From Oikopleura dioica (Eukaryota; Animalia; Chordata), in assembly GCA_907165135.1 (NCBI GenBank), contig OU015569.1, positions 1,178,001-1,242,000 of the forward strand: a DNA stretch of 64,000 bases, written 5' to 3'. The number at the start of each line of letters is the position of its first letter. The first letter of the stretch is position 1. Shown piece after piece: positions 23,425 through 35,991 of this stretch. Under the pieces are notes generated by a model. It was not told where the DNA came from, did no database searches, and saw only the letters and a list, made by a program, of their open reading frames with translations. The position numbers and the translations under genes were made by a program.

Positions 23425-25334
23425 TTCTTTTTGTCTCTCTTGGTGTGTCTTTTTTATGGTTTTGAATGTGGAGCCTCGGTCATGTCGAAATCGCGGTCGG
23501 GGCCAAAGCCATTTACAGATGCACTTGGACAACGTCGCTGGCGCCAACTGGCGGAAAAGTTGCATAACGCGTTAAACACGCCGTGACGAGCACTTGAAAG
23601 CTTAATGACTACAAAATAAGGGATCAGCCACTGTGGATTAAACTGCTTAAACAGACAGGAGCAGAAGAGCACTTCCAGACGGTCTTTGATGAGAACTGAT
23701 CGGTATCAATTATACGCATCACCCACCGTGGCATTTTTTTTATATTAGAGGCAGTTACGAATTTATTGCTTCATGGGAATTATGATCTTGCTTTTTTTGA
23801 TCTTCAGTATGATTTAAGCATTTATGGTGTTGATTACGGCGAGTGATACAGTAATGAAAATAATAATTTTCAATTACTCAACGATCGAAAAGGTCATTCA
23901 AAAATTATAATCGTCGAAAGTACAAAAGTTCTTTATTAAAAAAACAGAGCTAAAGGTCAAAATAAACTGTGGAAAAGGCGGAAAAGGGTACAAGTTCGAG
24001 TGCATTCCAAAAATGCCACATTGGCCCGTTTAATAAATAGCAAGCTCACCAGCCGGTGCCGGTCGATAAAGTTAAGTGATCTTCGCCCTCTCGACAAGCT
24101 TTTGGTCCACCGTTTTAGCTACTTTATCTCACAACAGAGCTCGATCGGCACGCGGCTGAAGTAGCTAGTTTTTTAGCTTTTTTTAGTGTCCTGCGATGGA
24201 TTTATAAGTTTACTTTACGTGCTAAACGAGGACCGAAGGACAGAGCCGACGAAACTTTTTTTTTTGGAGAAGTTTCAAGATCAAAGGCGAAAGCACGAAA
24301 AAAGGTGAGAGGATATAAAATTTAAAGATGTGAGATGTTAACGAGAACGGGGAATTACTCCGCAGTCGGGAAATTTATTGCGATATTGGTGGGAAACCCT
24401 AAAGGCCTGAAATTTAGTTTTTCGTAAAAATGTCACAATTGAAAAATGATAATTTGAAAATATCAACGGCCAAAATTTGTGACGACCGAAAAACGTTTAT
24501 ACAAGTAAAACAAAAGATTACATCCGCCCGTCTCTATAAAACAAGGATTGAGTAAACACATCTTTCTTTTTTTTTAACAATTTCAATTGCTCATTTTCAA
24601 TGAGCGCCCTTATTTTTTTATTCCGCCGATATAGCGCTTTAAATTTATAGTAGCGATTCTTCGATTCCCGTGGCCTAAAAAAGTGCCTACGCTGAATTGC
24701 TCAGGTAAGACGCTCCTCTTTTATATTAATTGTTTTATACTATTTTTTGAATAAGTATCATTTTGAAAGCGCGCTGGTTTGAATCCAAAGGTGCTCGTTT
24801 GTTGAACCTTGAGAGCTTTATTTGAATCAAACGTTTAATCATTACTCCGCCGTTCTCAGAAACGTAGAAAGGCAGAAGAACGAGCTTGATTTGCTCTTCA
24901 ACAAGAGGGTATAATAGAGAAAGAGAAAAAGAGAGAGGGCGAGCAAGCTATTGTAATTTAAAGGGGAGTGTTTATCAATAGTACTAATCATTGCGATAAT
25001 AGGTGCCGCTATTCATAACGGAACTGTAAAGAGAGTCGAGTGGCGCCAAACTGTACGATAGTAGCGGTACTCCTCGTCTCGCTCGACCGGAGAGGCAGTA
25101 ATCTGTAACCGGAGCTTACTACCAAAACTACTGATTTGCCGAGAAGTCTTAAGAGCCGGAGCCTTATTCATGAATTGCGATTTTACGACGGCTCGTGGAT
25201 AGTTACTTGTTCACCCGCGCAGCGATTCATTCAAAGAAGAGAGAGAAAAGAGAAATAAAAACTACTCAAGAAGAAGAAGGAGCGAAATCAGAAAGTTCCA
25301 AAAGTTTCCCAGGCGGCGCAGAGTAAGAGAGAAG

Positions 25335-27176
25335 ATGCGAAACCTTTTCTTCTTCATTTCATTTCATGCGGCTCTTGGAGAGATTGAACTAATCCCAGTG
25401 AAAGAAGGTCGCGAGATAAACTTCCCGCTTCGGAATTTTAATTCAGCGGAGTTGAGCGATCTCTCCTACATCACCCTCAAAGACGACTCAGGAATGCGTT
25501 TTTGAGAGTCAAATTTAGTGAGTACTCGAGCTGGGAGCTCCTCTGAATGTATCCGGGCTGCTATTGAGAGCCATCCGGGCATGTTGTATTTGAAAAGGAT
25601 TCTTGAAAACGCTCTCCACAGGGAAATTCTATTTCAGAGGGAGTGTCTCAAATGGAAGGATCGACCAACATTCAAGCAGCGAGTTCATGCACTCTGGAAA
25701 CAAGCTCACGAGATCCAACGCACAATTGTCGGACGAAAAGAAATATGTGATCACCTACATGGCGACTCAAGAAGTTGAGGAAAGGGTTGTATCTGAATTT
25801 GCATCGTTTGAATCTTGATCGCTGAGCGCTATTTATTACTTAGCGGGGTCGAATTTTTATTAGGCCAAAACAAAGATTGATTGGAATGTTTCCAGCGTCC
25901 TAAATTGATGAATTGAGATGAGCAGATCCCAACCCCTGATAAGGATGAATTCGAAATCGTTATTTTGCAAGCACCGACCGTGCAAATAGATAAGAAGTTT
26001 ACGGGCGACTATGTGACACACAGCGCCGATCCCATTTTCTTGGCCACTTGTACAGGTGCATTTTCACGCGCATTTCTGTGAATCGAATTTTGTATTTTCT
26101 TAGCTGTCGGTGGGAAACCTGCTCAATCTACTGTGGAATGGTCTGTTCGGGGCAGAGATATGCAGCTGCGAAAGATTCCTGGAGCAGAAGGAAAGAATTC
26201 AGCAGACTTGAAATTGCCCGTGGAGAAGGAGTTTCTTGAAGACTTGTTTTTCGTTTGCCATGTGCAGCACGAAGCAGTAGACAATCCTATTAGCGAGGAT
26301 TTCGTTGTCCCACTCAAGTTCAAGCCGTTTACTCCCATTTTCGACATCCGATCGGTAGTGTGTTCCTCGGACGGATCAGCTATCGAGCAGATTTCTGTCG
26401 ATTGTTCTGATAATAGAGAATATCAAGCAAAACCAAGGTAATTTTCGACGAGTATTCACCTCACATCATCATTTTCAAGTGTCACTGGCTACGATATAAC
26501 GCTGCCAAATAATGTGATGAAAAGCCTAAAAGAACTGACGCTTACTCTGTACGAAATGGGCATCTACGAGACGCAAAGCTATTCAACTGCTGTTTTGCGG
26601 TGCACTACGAGCAATAGCATTGGCAAATCCACTTCCGCTAGTATCAACTTGGGCGACGCTTACGATGAGCATTGTCGCTCGATGGGCGGAGCTAGCTTCA
26701 ATGTCCTAATCGTCGTCATCGTTCTTATTCTCATGTAAGAGCTCTCACGACCCGTAAATCCGTAAATTGACGCCCCATTCAGAATTATTATTGTGGTCGG
26801 CACTCTGACCTGGGTCTTCCGGGAACAAATCAAGGCGAAATTCGCAAAGGAGCCAGTCGATTACGACCCAGCGGAAGAACGAAGTAGCATCACTCCGCCG
26901 CCAAACTATCCGGCGGCGCGTCTCAATTCAGGAGTGTCATTAGTTGGTGGAACCCTGAAACGAGATAATGGAGGGACACTGCGCTCCGATAGTGGCAACG
27001 CTCGACTAATTGTGCGTGATGAAAGTGACTACGTCGACACAGGTCAGTAAACTCCAAGGATATTCGCTTCCTCCAATTAGTATCCTGTTACAGTACCTAA
27101 CGAAGTATTTACAGTCGACGATCGCTACGCAGACGAAGAGATCCACTTCGACCCCAGGCGAACCATTCCTGTCTAA
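25335..27176 (+). CDS. Nectin/CADM-like Ig-superfamily adhesion protein (signal peptide, 3 Ig domains, TM, PDZ-type C-terminus)
   Basis: Signal MRNLFFFISFHAALG. V-type domain with L..SNAQLSDEKKY. C-type domain ATCTAVGGKP...VEWS...FVCHVQHEA. Third domain ending LRCTTSNSIG. TM VLIVVIVLILIIIIVVGTLTWVF. Ends RRTIPV*. Confidence 0.75.
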
Positions 27177-27501
27177 TTCTAATTGTTAAAATTATTGTTT
27201 ATGTTGATGAAAAAAGAATGCTGCAACTGCCAAGCCCAATCAATGAGTAAGTAAATCTGCGTAATCTCTGTTCCCCCGTCGCTTCTGTCAGAAAGTTCAA
27301 CACTGTGTTGCGAGAGATCGACCCATAAGACAGCAGACCACCTCGAACGACTTCATTCTCTTTACACGAATACTTTAAAAGCACACTTTTTACCTTCGCT
27401 TCACTCTAATTTTTTCCTTCACAAATCAACTTATTTTGCGTTTAAATGTGGTGACAATAATAATAAACATGTACATTAATAAACCAGCAGCCAAATCGTC
27501 A

Positions 27502-28424
27502 TTACACCAGGAGCTTTTCAATGTCTTCTCGATGTAGGTTGAAATTTGAAACAGTCTTAAAAATTGAAATAATCGAAATCAACGAAGAGAACAAAATTAC
27601 CTCCATGATTTTGACGTTGTACTCTCGAAGCGCAAATCTGTATTCAAACTCGCAATCAATAACTCTTTAATAAAAAGTTAAAAAGTCGAAGCGCTAATTA
27701 GTTTAGCTAAACTTATCCAGAATACGCTCGCGTTTCTCATCATTGAACGATTTGTCCCTATGTCGGCAGTAATGCTGCGTCGCCTCGTTCATTTTTTCTC
27801 GCAAAATGCAGATGAGTAGTTCTGAACGGAGAATGATCCTAGAAAAGCCTCTACCTCTAAAGTGGTCTCTCACGTTTTCTACGTAGATCTCTGATGACTC
27901 TGTTCATCCCTTTTTCGATTCAAAATGCAAAAAATGAGGATTTCGAAGCCACTTCGATGACAACTCTACAATCATCATCGATTATAACTTGCAAAATGAA
28001 GACAAACAAGCAGTGTAAAATACAGGCAAATGAGAGTACGAAACAGACCCTTATTAATACATGAGTTATTCACGTGTAAGAAAAGCGGTTGTTGCAGCAA
28101 GTTGTTGATTAGCGTTTAATCAGTGCATCTTATGATTGCTCGGATTCAAAGGATTTACTTTTTCATTTTATTGAAATCATGCAGAAAATGGATAGGAATT
28201 TGGAGCACTTGTTTTCGTCGAGAAACTTTCTCCAAAAGAGAATGAACAGCTCCCACGACCACGAACATGGAGAAGACCCTGTAGTTGACATTGGCCGCAT
28301 GATAGGGCTCAGAGTCTCTTTTTTTTTCTTTTGACTTTGTCAAGAGGCGCTGAGGTAGACAATCGACGATCTTAAATGGATGCGAATACAGCTGTCCTTC
28401 TTCATGGTAATGATTTTGTCGCAC
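27502..28424 (-). CDS. Multi-exon gene of unknown function
   Basis: Spliceable pieces ...IDCEFEYRFALREYNVKIME|TVSNFNLHREDIEKLLV* and upstream open stretches. One apparent homopolymer frameshift at 27792-27797. Confidence 0.3.
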
Positions 28425-29063
28425 ATCAATTTAGAAATTGAAAAAAAAAATGTAGATCTTGCGAAAGTCGTTACAAGAAAAAATAGGAAAAGTCGGGCAA
28501 GTCACGACTATTTTCAATTATCAATAAAATTTGATTCTTTCAGCGGACCAAAAAAGCTATCCGACTGCGGCAATCTCGAAGAAGGTGGCAAGATTGACAT
28601 TCGCAAATTCATGGGTAAAGCAAGAAAGAAGAGACCTTCCGAAGTTTTCAATTTTTAGAATCGTATAAAAAATGCACAAACAGTTTCTACAACCTAGCAT
28701 ATGATCCACCAGTCGTTCATATTTCTCATATAAAGGTCTCTAAAATTGAGAGTCTGAAGAGTTTAATAAGTATTTTTTGTATAATATTCTTTGACTCTCA
28801 GAAAGCAAGCAGGGGAAGAAAAAACTGCTCTCAACCATATCATGACTTTGATTCTTCTTGGCGGACTTTTCGGCGTTGTCTTTTTGCATTTTAGTATAAA
28901 AAATGTTCTCATTCGTTAAGTGACTTTTACTTTATTTCAAAGTAAAAAAATTAGAAAAAGCAAAGACGGCGCAAAACAACCGGCAAGTGAAGATAATATC
29001 CTCCTTGTCAGCAAGAATCGCGGCAAAGGTAAGATGAACTATCCTTCCTAGCCATCAAATTGG

Positions 29064-29251
29064 TTGTAGGAGGGTTATCATTCGAGCTGCCCCTAAACCT
29101 AACCCAGGGGCTACGCCCCCCGGGACCCCCTCCTAAGGCTTAGATCAGGGGCTTCGCCCCACAGGACCCCCAGTCCCTAACCACTAGCCCAGATTCTAGG
29201 GATATTGGATGGCTCGAATCCTAGGCTCGAATGATAACCTCTCTCTACGAT
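29064..29251. mobile_element. MITE with about 25-bp TIRs and internal GGGGCT(A/T)CGCCCC hairpins
   Basis: GTAGGAGGGTTATCATTCGAGC at the left pairs with GCTCGAATGATAACCTCTCTCTAC at the right. Two internal GC hairpins. TSD not clear. Confidence 0.7.
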
Positions 29252-29571
29252 TGAATTTAGATCCGCAAAAATGATCCACCGGAGGAGAAAGTTTCTAGTG
29301 CCGGACCAACCTCTCCCGCACCAACGAATCAAGATGAGATCAAATTTGTCCGGCAACATATCCGGAAGACCTGTAAGTGACCGACTCGAACACTTTCTCA
29401 GAATATCTTCTCCGTCTTCTTAGGGTCTCGTCGATCTGCTCGCCGTAGACTTGGAAGGAATAGACGAAACTTGCGGTAAACGAGCTTATTCCCATTATTT
29501 CTAAAGAGAAATATTTCAGCAGCCAGCAGCGAGATTTTCAATTTCATCTTCCCGGCATTGAATCCAGCTGA

Positions 29572-29770
29572 GCTCAGCATTCTGAGTAGAAAACCTGAGT
29601 CAGGCTCTGGAAGAGCTAAAATGAAAAGCCGCAAAGCTTCGCCAGGAGTTTAAAGAAAAATCATATGGTTTATTTGCGAAGCCGCTTTGCGGCTTCGTTT
29701 TTAAAAAAGCCGCTATGCGGCTTTTCATTTTCCAGAGCCTGACTCAGGTTTTCAACTCAGGTTGCTGAGC
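29572..29770. mobile_element. Foldback element, about 200 bp
   Basis: GCTCAGCATTCTGAGTAGAAAACCTGAGTCAGGCTCTGGAA...ATGAAAAGCCGC pairs with GCGGCTTTTCATTTTCCAGAGCCTGACTCAGGTTTTCAACTCAGGTTGCTGAGC. Internal AAGCCGC-NNN-GCGGCTT hairpins. Confidence 0.75.
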
Positions 29771-30133
29771 CCAGGAAAGCAGACCGCGGAAATCCTACGA
29801 AAAGCACCAAAACTCCAAGAGAAAGCCCCGTACTTCTACTGAAAAATGAATTCGCATGTTCGTTACTGACATTAATTATAAAAGAATTTTTTGATCTCCT
29901 GACTTAGGATTGTTAATTATGAATTGTTCTTCTTTTTCGCCGTGGATTAAGAATGATCCCTAGCAGACTCTGTAAAAATGTCCGATCACGATTATTTCAA
30001 GCAACTTTTCACTCAGAAAACGAAGATTGTAGGGCCGATAAAAATAACGTTTATGCCAAGTAAGAATGAGCACTTTTTGTTCCAGGGAGAATTTGAGAGA
30101 AGCGATCACAGCAGTCAGGAATGAGCCTGCGAA

Positions 30134-30320
30134 CATATGGAACAACTTTTTGGTCAGTACTGGAAATGTCACGAATGTCACGAATTTGATGAAAATGTCA
30201 CGAAAAAGAAACATTTGTTGGCACGAAAACATGTTTCTTTTTCGCGACATTTTCAGCAAATTCGTGACATTTGTGACATTCGTGAAATTTTCAGTACTGA
30301 CCAAAAAGTTGGTCCACATA
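30134..30320. mobile_element. Foldback element, about 190 bp, with AATGTCACG subrepeats
   Basis: Arms of about 80 bp (CAACTTTTTGGTCAGTACTG...GAAAAAGAAACAT) are near-perfect reverse complements. This explains the mirror-image ORFs at 29960-30367. Confidence 0.85.
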
Positions 30321-30359
30321 CAAGCTTGCTAAAAAGATCTTTGCAGATTCAGAAAATAG

Positions 30360-30605
30360 ATGAATGATACTGCTGAATTGAAAGAAACATTCAACAACTC
30401 ATTTCTTTGGGTCATGCTACCGGTCAGTCTCGCTTATGATTTCGACTTATTAAATATTTAACAACAGAGCCTTCTGGTGTTCTTCGTCGTTGCTTTCATT
30501 TTCTACTTTTTTCATGGAATCACGCTGACGAAGAACAAGGCGAATCGAGCGTCGCTTTTGAGCAAAAGAAGATACACGACTACGGGGACTCCTCAATATT
30601 ACTAA
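30360..30605 (+). CDS. 62-aa single-pass membrane microprotein, 2 exons
   Basis: Exon 30360-30410, GT-AG intron 30411-30467 and exon 30468-30605 give MNDTAELKETFNNSFLWSLLVFFVVAFIFYFFHGITLTKNKANRASLLSKRRYTTTGTPQYY*. An AG lies directly before the ATG. Confidence 0.55.
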
Positions 30606-30857
30606 ATCTTAATTATGACTCGGATGTCTGATTAGCAGTTATTTATAATATTACTATGAGTAATCCCTTGCAAGCATCGTCACATAATTACCGACTCCTG
30701 TCTATGACGATGAAATAAAATGTATGCCTTCGCCGTTTTCAATAGCTATTTTATTTTATTGTATAAATTAGATAAAATGCTCAACATATAGATTGAGACC
30801 AAAGTAAACAGAAAAAGTCAGGTCGCAAATTTTGAGAGAGATGAGTAAATGTTTCAT

Positions 30858-32633
30858 CTAATCGTCTGAGCTAGCTGAAGATTTCGATTCCTGATCGTTC
30901 TGCTCGTTCTCTTTCTCCCAGGGCTGTTTTGGGCGACGGCGGTTTTCATTTTCCATCATTGGCTTTGGTGGGGCTATTCAGAGGTTGTAAATTTGTGCTA
31001 GTGATTTTGCAGGAACTTGGCAAAAGAGTATACTCTGTATTCTGTAGCTCCTACCCTGTAGTATTCGACGGCGCGCGTTGATGAACCAGTTGTTGACTTG
31101 CAGTAGGGTGAGACCCGTTTGCTGAGCGAGATTCCTTTTTTCGTCCTCAGAGGGGTAAGGGTGGACGAGGTGCTGCTATGCGGTCTCCAGCGTTGTTATC
31201 ACTAACTAACTCGAAGAATGAGGTCTGGAGACCGTAACTGAAAAAGCCAGCCTCGGAGCGTGTCGGTCGCTTGACGCGGCAGTAAGCCCCGTTTTAGCCT
31301 GTTATCGGCGTCAAAATTATCGTATAGACCCGGCATGTTATGACTCTATCTTATTTAAGCGTTTGATGTAAATCGTGTTGAACGAAACCTGAGCGTGCCC
31401 GTGTGGAAGGGTCGAAGGCAGTACTGGCGCGTTGGGTCGTGGGAAAGCTTCGTACGCGGCGTAAGGGTGCGGAGGGATCTGGTGTCCTAGGTGACTGCTT
31501 TCTAGAGCATACTGAGCTGTATTTGGTCTAGATATTGGATGGATCATCTGGGCACCCAAATCGCTAGGAGACATTTTTCACAGGGTTAAAAACGAACTCG
31601 TTTACCATGGATCATCGGAAGAGTCGACTGAGTCAGGACTCCTGAGTAAATTTTCAGATTGCATTTTCCCTAAATTGAATAAATATGCTCTTCCGGTGAC
31701 TTTTGACCTGCCACTTTTTGACTCGACGAGAGTCCTCAAATTGTTATTACCTTTTAGACAATGTATGTATCGGCGGCAGAAGTCATTACTTAGATCGCCA
31801 ACTTTCTCGAGCTCGATAAGATGGATTTTTAGCACTAAAAATGGCGTTTTTACTATTGACAAATAAATTATCTAGACATTTGTAGCGCCGCCGCTAGTTA
31901 GCCGCCAACATGTACAAATCTCTCAAAAGCGCGTTTTCGCACTGTTGACGGGGACAATCACATCTTGTCACAATAGTTACGGCGAAATGGACAGCTTTCA
32001 TAAGCCAGGTGTCACAAAAACGCACTTCTCCAACAGCACAATGCTACTCAGCGAAAAAAATACCTTGCAGCGCCTTCACCATCAGCGAATCGAGCTCTGT
32101 GTCGTTCGTGTAGATCGTTCGTCCTTGTTCCATCAGCCGTCGGGCGAACTTCTGAACCTAGAACAGTCTGATGAGAAGAGGGCTGGAAGGAAGGGCGAAA
32201 GTTACCTCTTGGTTGAGACGGTGAGAATTTCGGCGCACATCTCGTGGCGGACAGGAAGTCTGTTTCTCGCACTCGTGGAAGAGCAACTCGAGTAGAGGGA
32301 AGAGCGGATGACTAAAAGGATCATTGAGATACTAAAAATGCTTCGCACCTTCGTATCCGCTGTTTATCTCTCTCGTTGATTTGATCTCTCATAGGGTCTG
32401 GCTGCAGACTCGCCGTTTGTTGGGTCCATTCGCTGTTATCCATATCAATGTGCAGAGCTTAAAATGTTTTCTCAGGAGATTTTCTCTTGTTGAATTTTGT
32501 AAAAACTCAAATTTGAAATTTACACTCATTCAAAATTAGTTTTTTTTTTAATTGTGGCTTTTTTAAAATAAGCGAATTCGAAGTTTTTTATGCCAAATTT
32601 GGTCTTGGGATTTTTTTGCTTACAGGTTGGCAT
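30858..32633 (-). CDS. PKNOX1: Prep/PKNOX TALE-class homeobox transcription factor
   Basis: MEIS/HM domain [22 protein letters not shown]...[46 protein letters not shown] (the KMxSExLL motif is Prep-type). Homeodomain [60 protein letters not shown]. Confidence 0.93.
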
Positions 32634-33936
32634 TTTATTATTACTGCATTCTGATTTTCTCTTGCTGGGAATTTTGTGCTTGAATGGCGTTTTCGCGAAG
32701 CCAGAAATTGTTAGGGTTAATAATGGCGCTCCATAAATCGAGAGATCCCCCTCTACCTCTACCTGGACTTGGTAGGATCAAACAGCGACTTGCTAAACCT
32801 GACACAGCTAGTATAAGACCTGATTTATGGTGATCGCTCCAGCTGAGATCTAACCGACCTTCGCTACCATAAACACAGGCAGGAGTGAGCCTGGCGACAT
32901 TCGCTGCTTTTCCAGGCACAGCTGCTTCCTCTCTACCAATCGATTAGGACGAGGCAAAAACAGCAGAATGTCAAATCTATGTCGCGATTTAAGAGCGCAT
33001 TTCAAACCCTTAAATCAAGCCCAAACTAATCACTTGCTAAAATTGGCCCAAGCACAACCCGAAGAAGAAAGAAAGGAAAACAAGCTTTATTATTCTTCCT
33101 TGATTTTCTCTCGTTGTTTTTTACCTGCTTCATTTATTAGAGTATTTTTTATCCATCAATCAAATTGACAAAAATGTCTTCTTTCTGAAGAGTGGACTCT
33201 TGAATGTGTAAAAATAGAAAGTATAGAAAGTGTTCAATCAGCTTCTCCTTTGGGAACCGTAATAAACATGATCTCGCCCATAAAACATGTTTTACTACGA
33301 TGATCACCGCGAGAAATTTCCCCCAAGTGGCTTAATGACTCCTAATTATGGAAATGGGTGAGCTAATGGACAATTCAAACTGTTCGCATTTTGCATGAGA
33401 GAAAAGCAAAGAAATATGTGGCGCTATAATTAATGAAAAAATTACCTGTCGAAGGGTTGTCTAAACTCTGACTGTCACTCAATCAGGACCCTGTCTCTTG
33501 TTGAAATGGCGACGATCAACTTGTCACGCTGATGAGCCCAGCTCGCCGCTAATTCACACTGTAAATAACAGAATAAATCATCTTGTTTATAGGTTGAGCG
33601 CAAACACACGACAGGTCGAGCACAATCAAAGGTGTCTCTGCGATCATACTAAATCAATTTTCGACAAGGGCACTTTTTTCAGGTAGGCCACTAGAAAATA
33701 TGAAAAACACAAAATTTCTACTATGACAAACAGAAAGTTATCTCTGTCTAATTATATCAGAAGAAAAGATGAGACAAAACTGGATTTTTTACTGATTTTA
33801 TTAAGTTTTTGAGAGATATGTTTGTAGGTAAAGTAAATTGTGATCATATGAATATCGGGAGATGGAAAGCGGAGAAAGTAAAGATGAAGAAGTAAGATGA
33901 AAAAACAAAACTTGGGAGAGTATTTTGGGAGATGAA

Positions 33937-34455
33937 TCAGCATCGAAGATATTTGAAGGGATCCCGAGCAAGCTCTTCGAAGATCTTCTTGATCATATCT
34001 TCTCTTGAAGGCGGGATGATCTCTTTCTTCTTGATCGAGAATTCTGGTCGACCGACGTTTGCCTCTGCTTGGAAGTCCCTCCACCATTGTCGCGTAAACT
34101 CGAGCATTTGCACGACTCTGATGTTTCTGTACTTTCTCGAATGCCGAAGGCGCTCTGCAAGGCCGATGACATCTTCCTTGTCGAGCATCGTGGCAGAGCG
34201 CTTTTCGAGGTCTTTGTGGAAAGCGATGAGGTGAGGGGACGCATTCTTCCTGTTGATGATTCTTGGAGAGTTCAATGCTGCCTTGTGTTTTTTGACTATT
34301 TTCAGGACATCAGCGTTTGAAAGCTTGACCCGGAATTCTTTCGAAGCCCAGGAAGCTGTTTGCGAAAGAGAAGGTCTTGGGTACTTCGTAGTGGCGTAAA
34401 GAGAAATTTGGTTCTTGACGAATTCGTCGATTTTGGTTGTCTTGTTTGCCTGCAT
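33937..34455 (-). CDS. CENP-B/pogo-type tandem HTH DNA-binding protein without a DDE domain
   Basis: Intronless 172-aa ORF. SLSQTASWASKEFRVKLSNADVLKIVK resembles the first HTH and LEFTRQWWRDF resembles the F-x-x-S-x-G-W-L-x-x-F motif of the Tc5/CENP-B HTH. No catalytic region or TIRs seen. Confidence 0.6.
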   Translation of the reverse strand: MQANKTTKIDEFVKNQISLYATTKYPRPSLSQTASWASKEFRVKLSNADVLKIVKKHKAALNSPRIINRKNASPHLIAFHKDLEKRSATMLDKEDVIGLAERLRHSRKYRNIRVVQMLEFTRQWWRDFQAEANVGRPEFSIKKKEIIPPSREDMIKKIFEELARDPFKYLRC

Positions 34456-34892
34456 TGTATTTTTGTTATTGGTCGATGTACCTTTTTGTTGGAATAGGAA
34501 TTTTTACCTGCTTATATGAGACAAGAAAAGCTGCGTGCACCAGGTGGCTAATGAGAGAAAGAAGTTTTCATCATGATAATGGTGATTACCCGCTGTGATG
34601 GTGCCGATTCCTGGAAATTTCAGAGGATATGAGATTTTAATCACTAATCTGATAAACTTTACTGATTTTGTATTGAGATTTTTGTCATAATCGCTCGAAC
34701 GGTTCACCGAAAGCTCCTGCAGTTAGTCCTGCTAAAAAAATAAAATACCATATATAAAATATATTAATGATAATACGATATAATTTATATTCAAGTATTG
34801 ATAGATTGTATTGATTTCCAGTTTATTGGGAGAAAATGACAGATCTAAAGTTTTAGTCTCACTTTCCTTAAGTCTCCCTAGAAATGAAACAG

Positions 34893-35991
34893 TTATTCTT
34901 TGATGGGGAGAATGTCAGAAAGGGTAAAGCTCTCTTGGCAGACGGAACAAAGCGCGTAATCGACGTTCCAACTTTCCAATCTTACCATAAGAACCCCTTC
35001 CAAACATTCCTTGCATGAAACATGCCCACATTTGCGAAGAGCGCATTTATGGTGGAGCGAATCGTTGCTGTATTCTTCCAAGCATGATTTGCACCTTCCA
35101 TTACCTTCAATTTAGAATATAATTATTAGTCTGTAAGAAACTTTTTTTACCTTTCATATTTTCTTTGGCTTCAACCGAAAGATACTCGTAAGAGAGCTGT
35201 TTGTAACGCTTCGCCGCCTTGTCAACTTCTTTCTCCTTTTCAAGCACCTCTTCCATAATTCCTTCATGAGCCTTCCTGGCGTCTTTAATTTTTGGTGCGT
35301 TTTCCTCAATCTCCTTCAAAGTCATTTGATAGTATTCGTAATAATCTTTTGCCATTTCTTTTCTGTTGCTTTGCTCTCTCTCCATTTTCTTAACGGTCGA
35401 CTTTTGCTGTCTAGATAGAACCTCAAGTTCCGTTTGCTCACGCTTTGCTTCGGCATGGATGTTCCTGACGATAAAAAGCTTGTTTCTTTGCGCTAAAATT
35501 TCATTTTTAAACCACATGGTTCAATGATGAATGACCAGTTACCTTTTCGGTTGTCTGTCAACCACTTCGAGCCCGGCTCACAGCAAGAACCGAGGTAGAA
35601 TTCTTCGAACGAGAGATTCTCCGATTTGCAGCTCTCAGTTGCGGAGAACGCTGGGCATCGAAATTTCGCGTCGGATTTCTCAAAGTCTCGGACTTCGATT
35701 TGTTCTTCGCCGCGTTCTTTATCTACACATATTTCGCAGAACCTTCCTTTACTTATTTGGATCGTGTCAGCAGGTACTCTGAATATTCATGGATAACTAT
35801 TCTAATTTTACGAGAATTTATTCTTACCCATCGCACTCAGATCCTTCGCATTTGCCAAACTGGCCATAGGAAACCACTTTATTGGGGAAAATCTGCTCAA
35901 ACTCGTTCGGTTGATGAGTTCCGACCCTTTTCGATGTGAACGTTGAATCATTTTCATCATTTTTAACGAGTGATCGAGATGGCAGTTTCAT
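34893..35991 (-). CDS. Cys-rich N-terminus, coiled coil and C-terminal C3HC4 RING finger protein, 4 exons
   Basis: Exons join through GT-AG introns. C-terminal CKSC...CGHVSCKEC...CSVC RING and a long coiled-coil exon at 35152-35496. Confidence 0.75.

Noticed and set aside
28500-29560. Plus-strand exon-like fragments around the first foldback element
   Set aside because: Some GT/AG joins keep the frame, but no start, stop or homology could be established.
29960-30367. Mirror-image ORFs on both strands (TNVTNVTN...)
   Set aside because: Artefact of the foldback element at 30134-30320.
32640-32960. Small hairpins upstream of Prep
   Set aside because: The stems are short and within chance expectation for a promoter or 5' leader.
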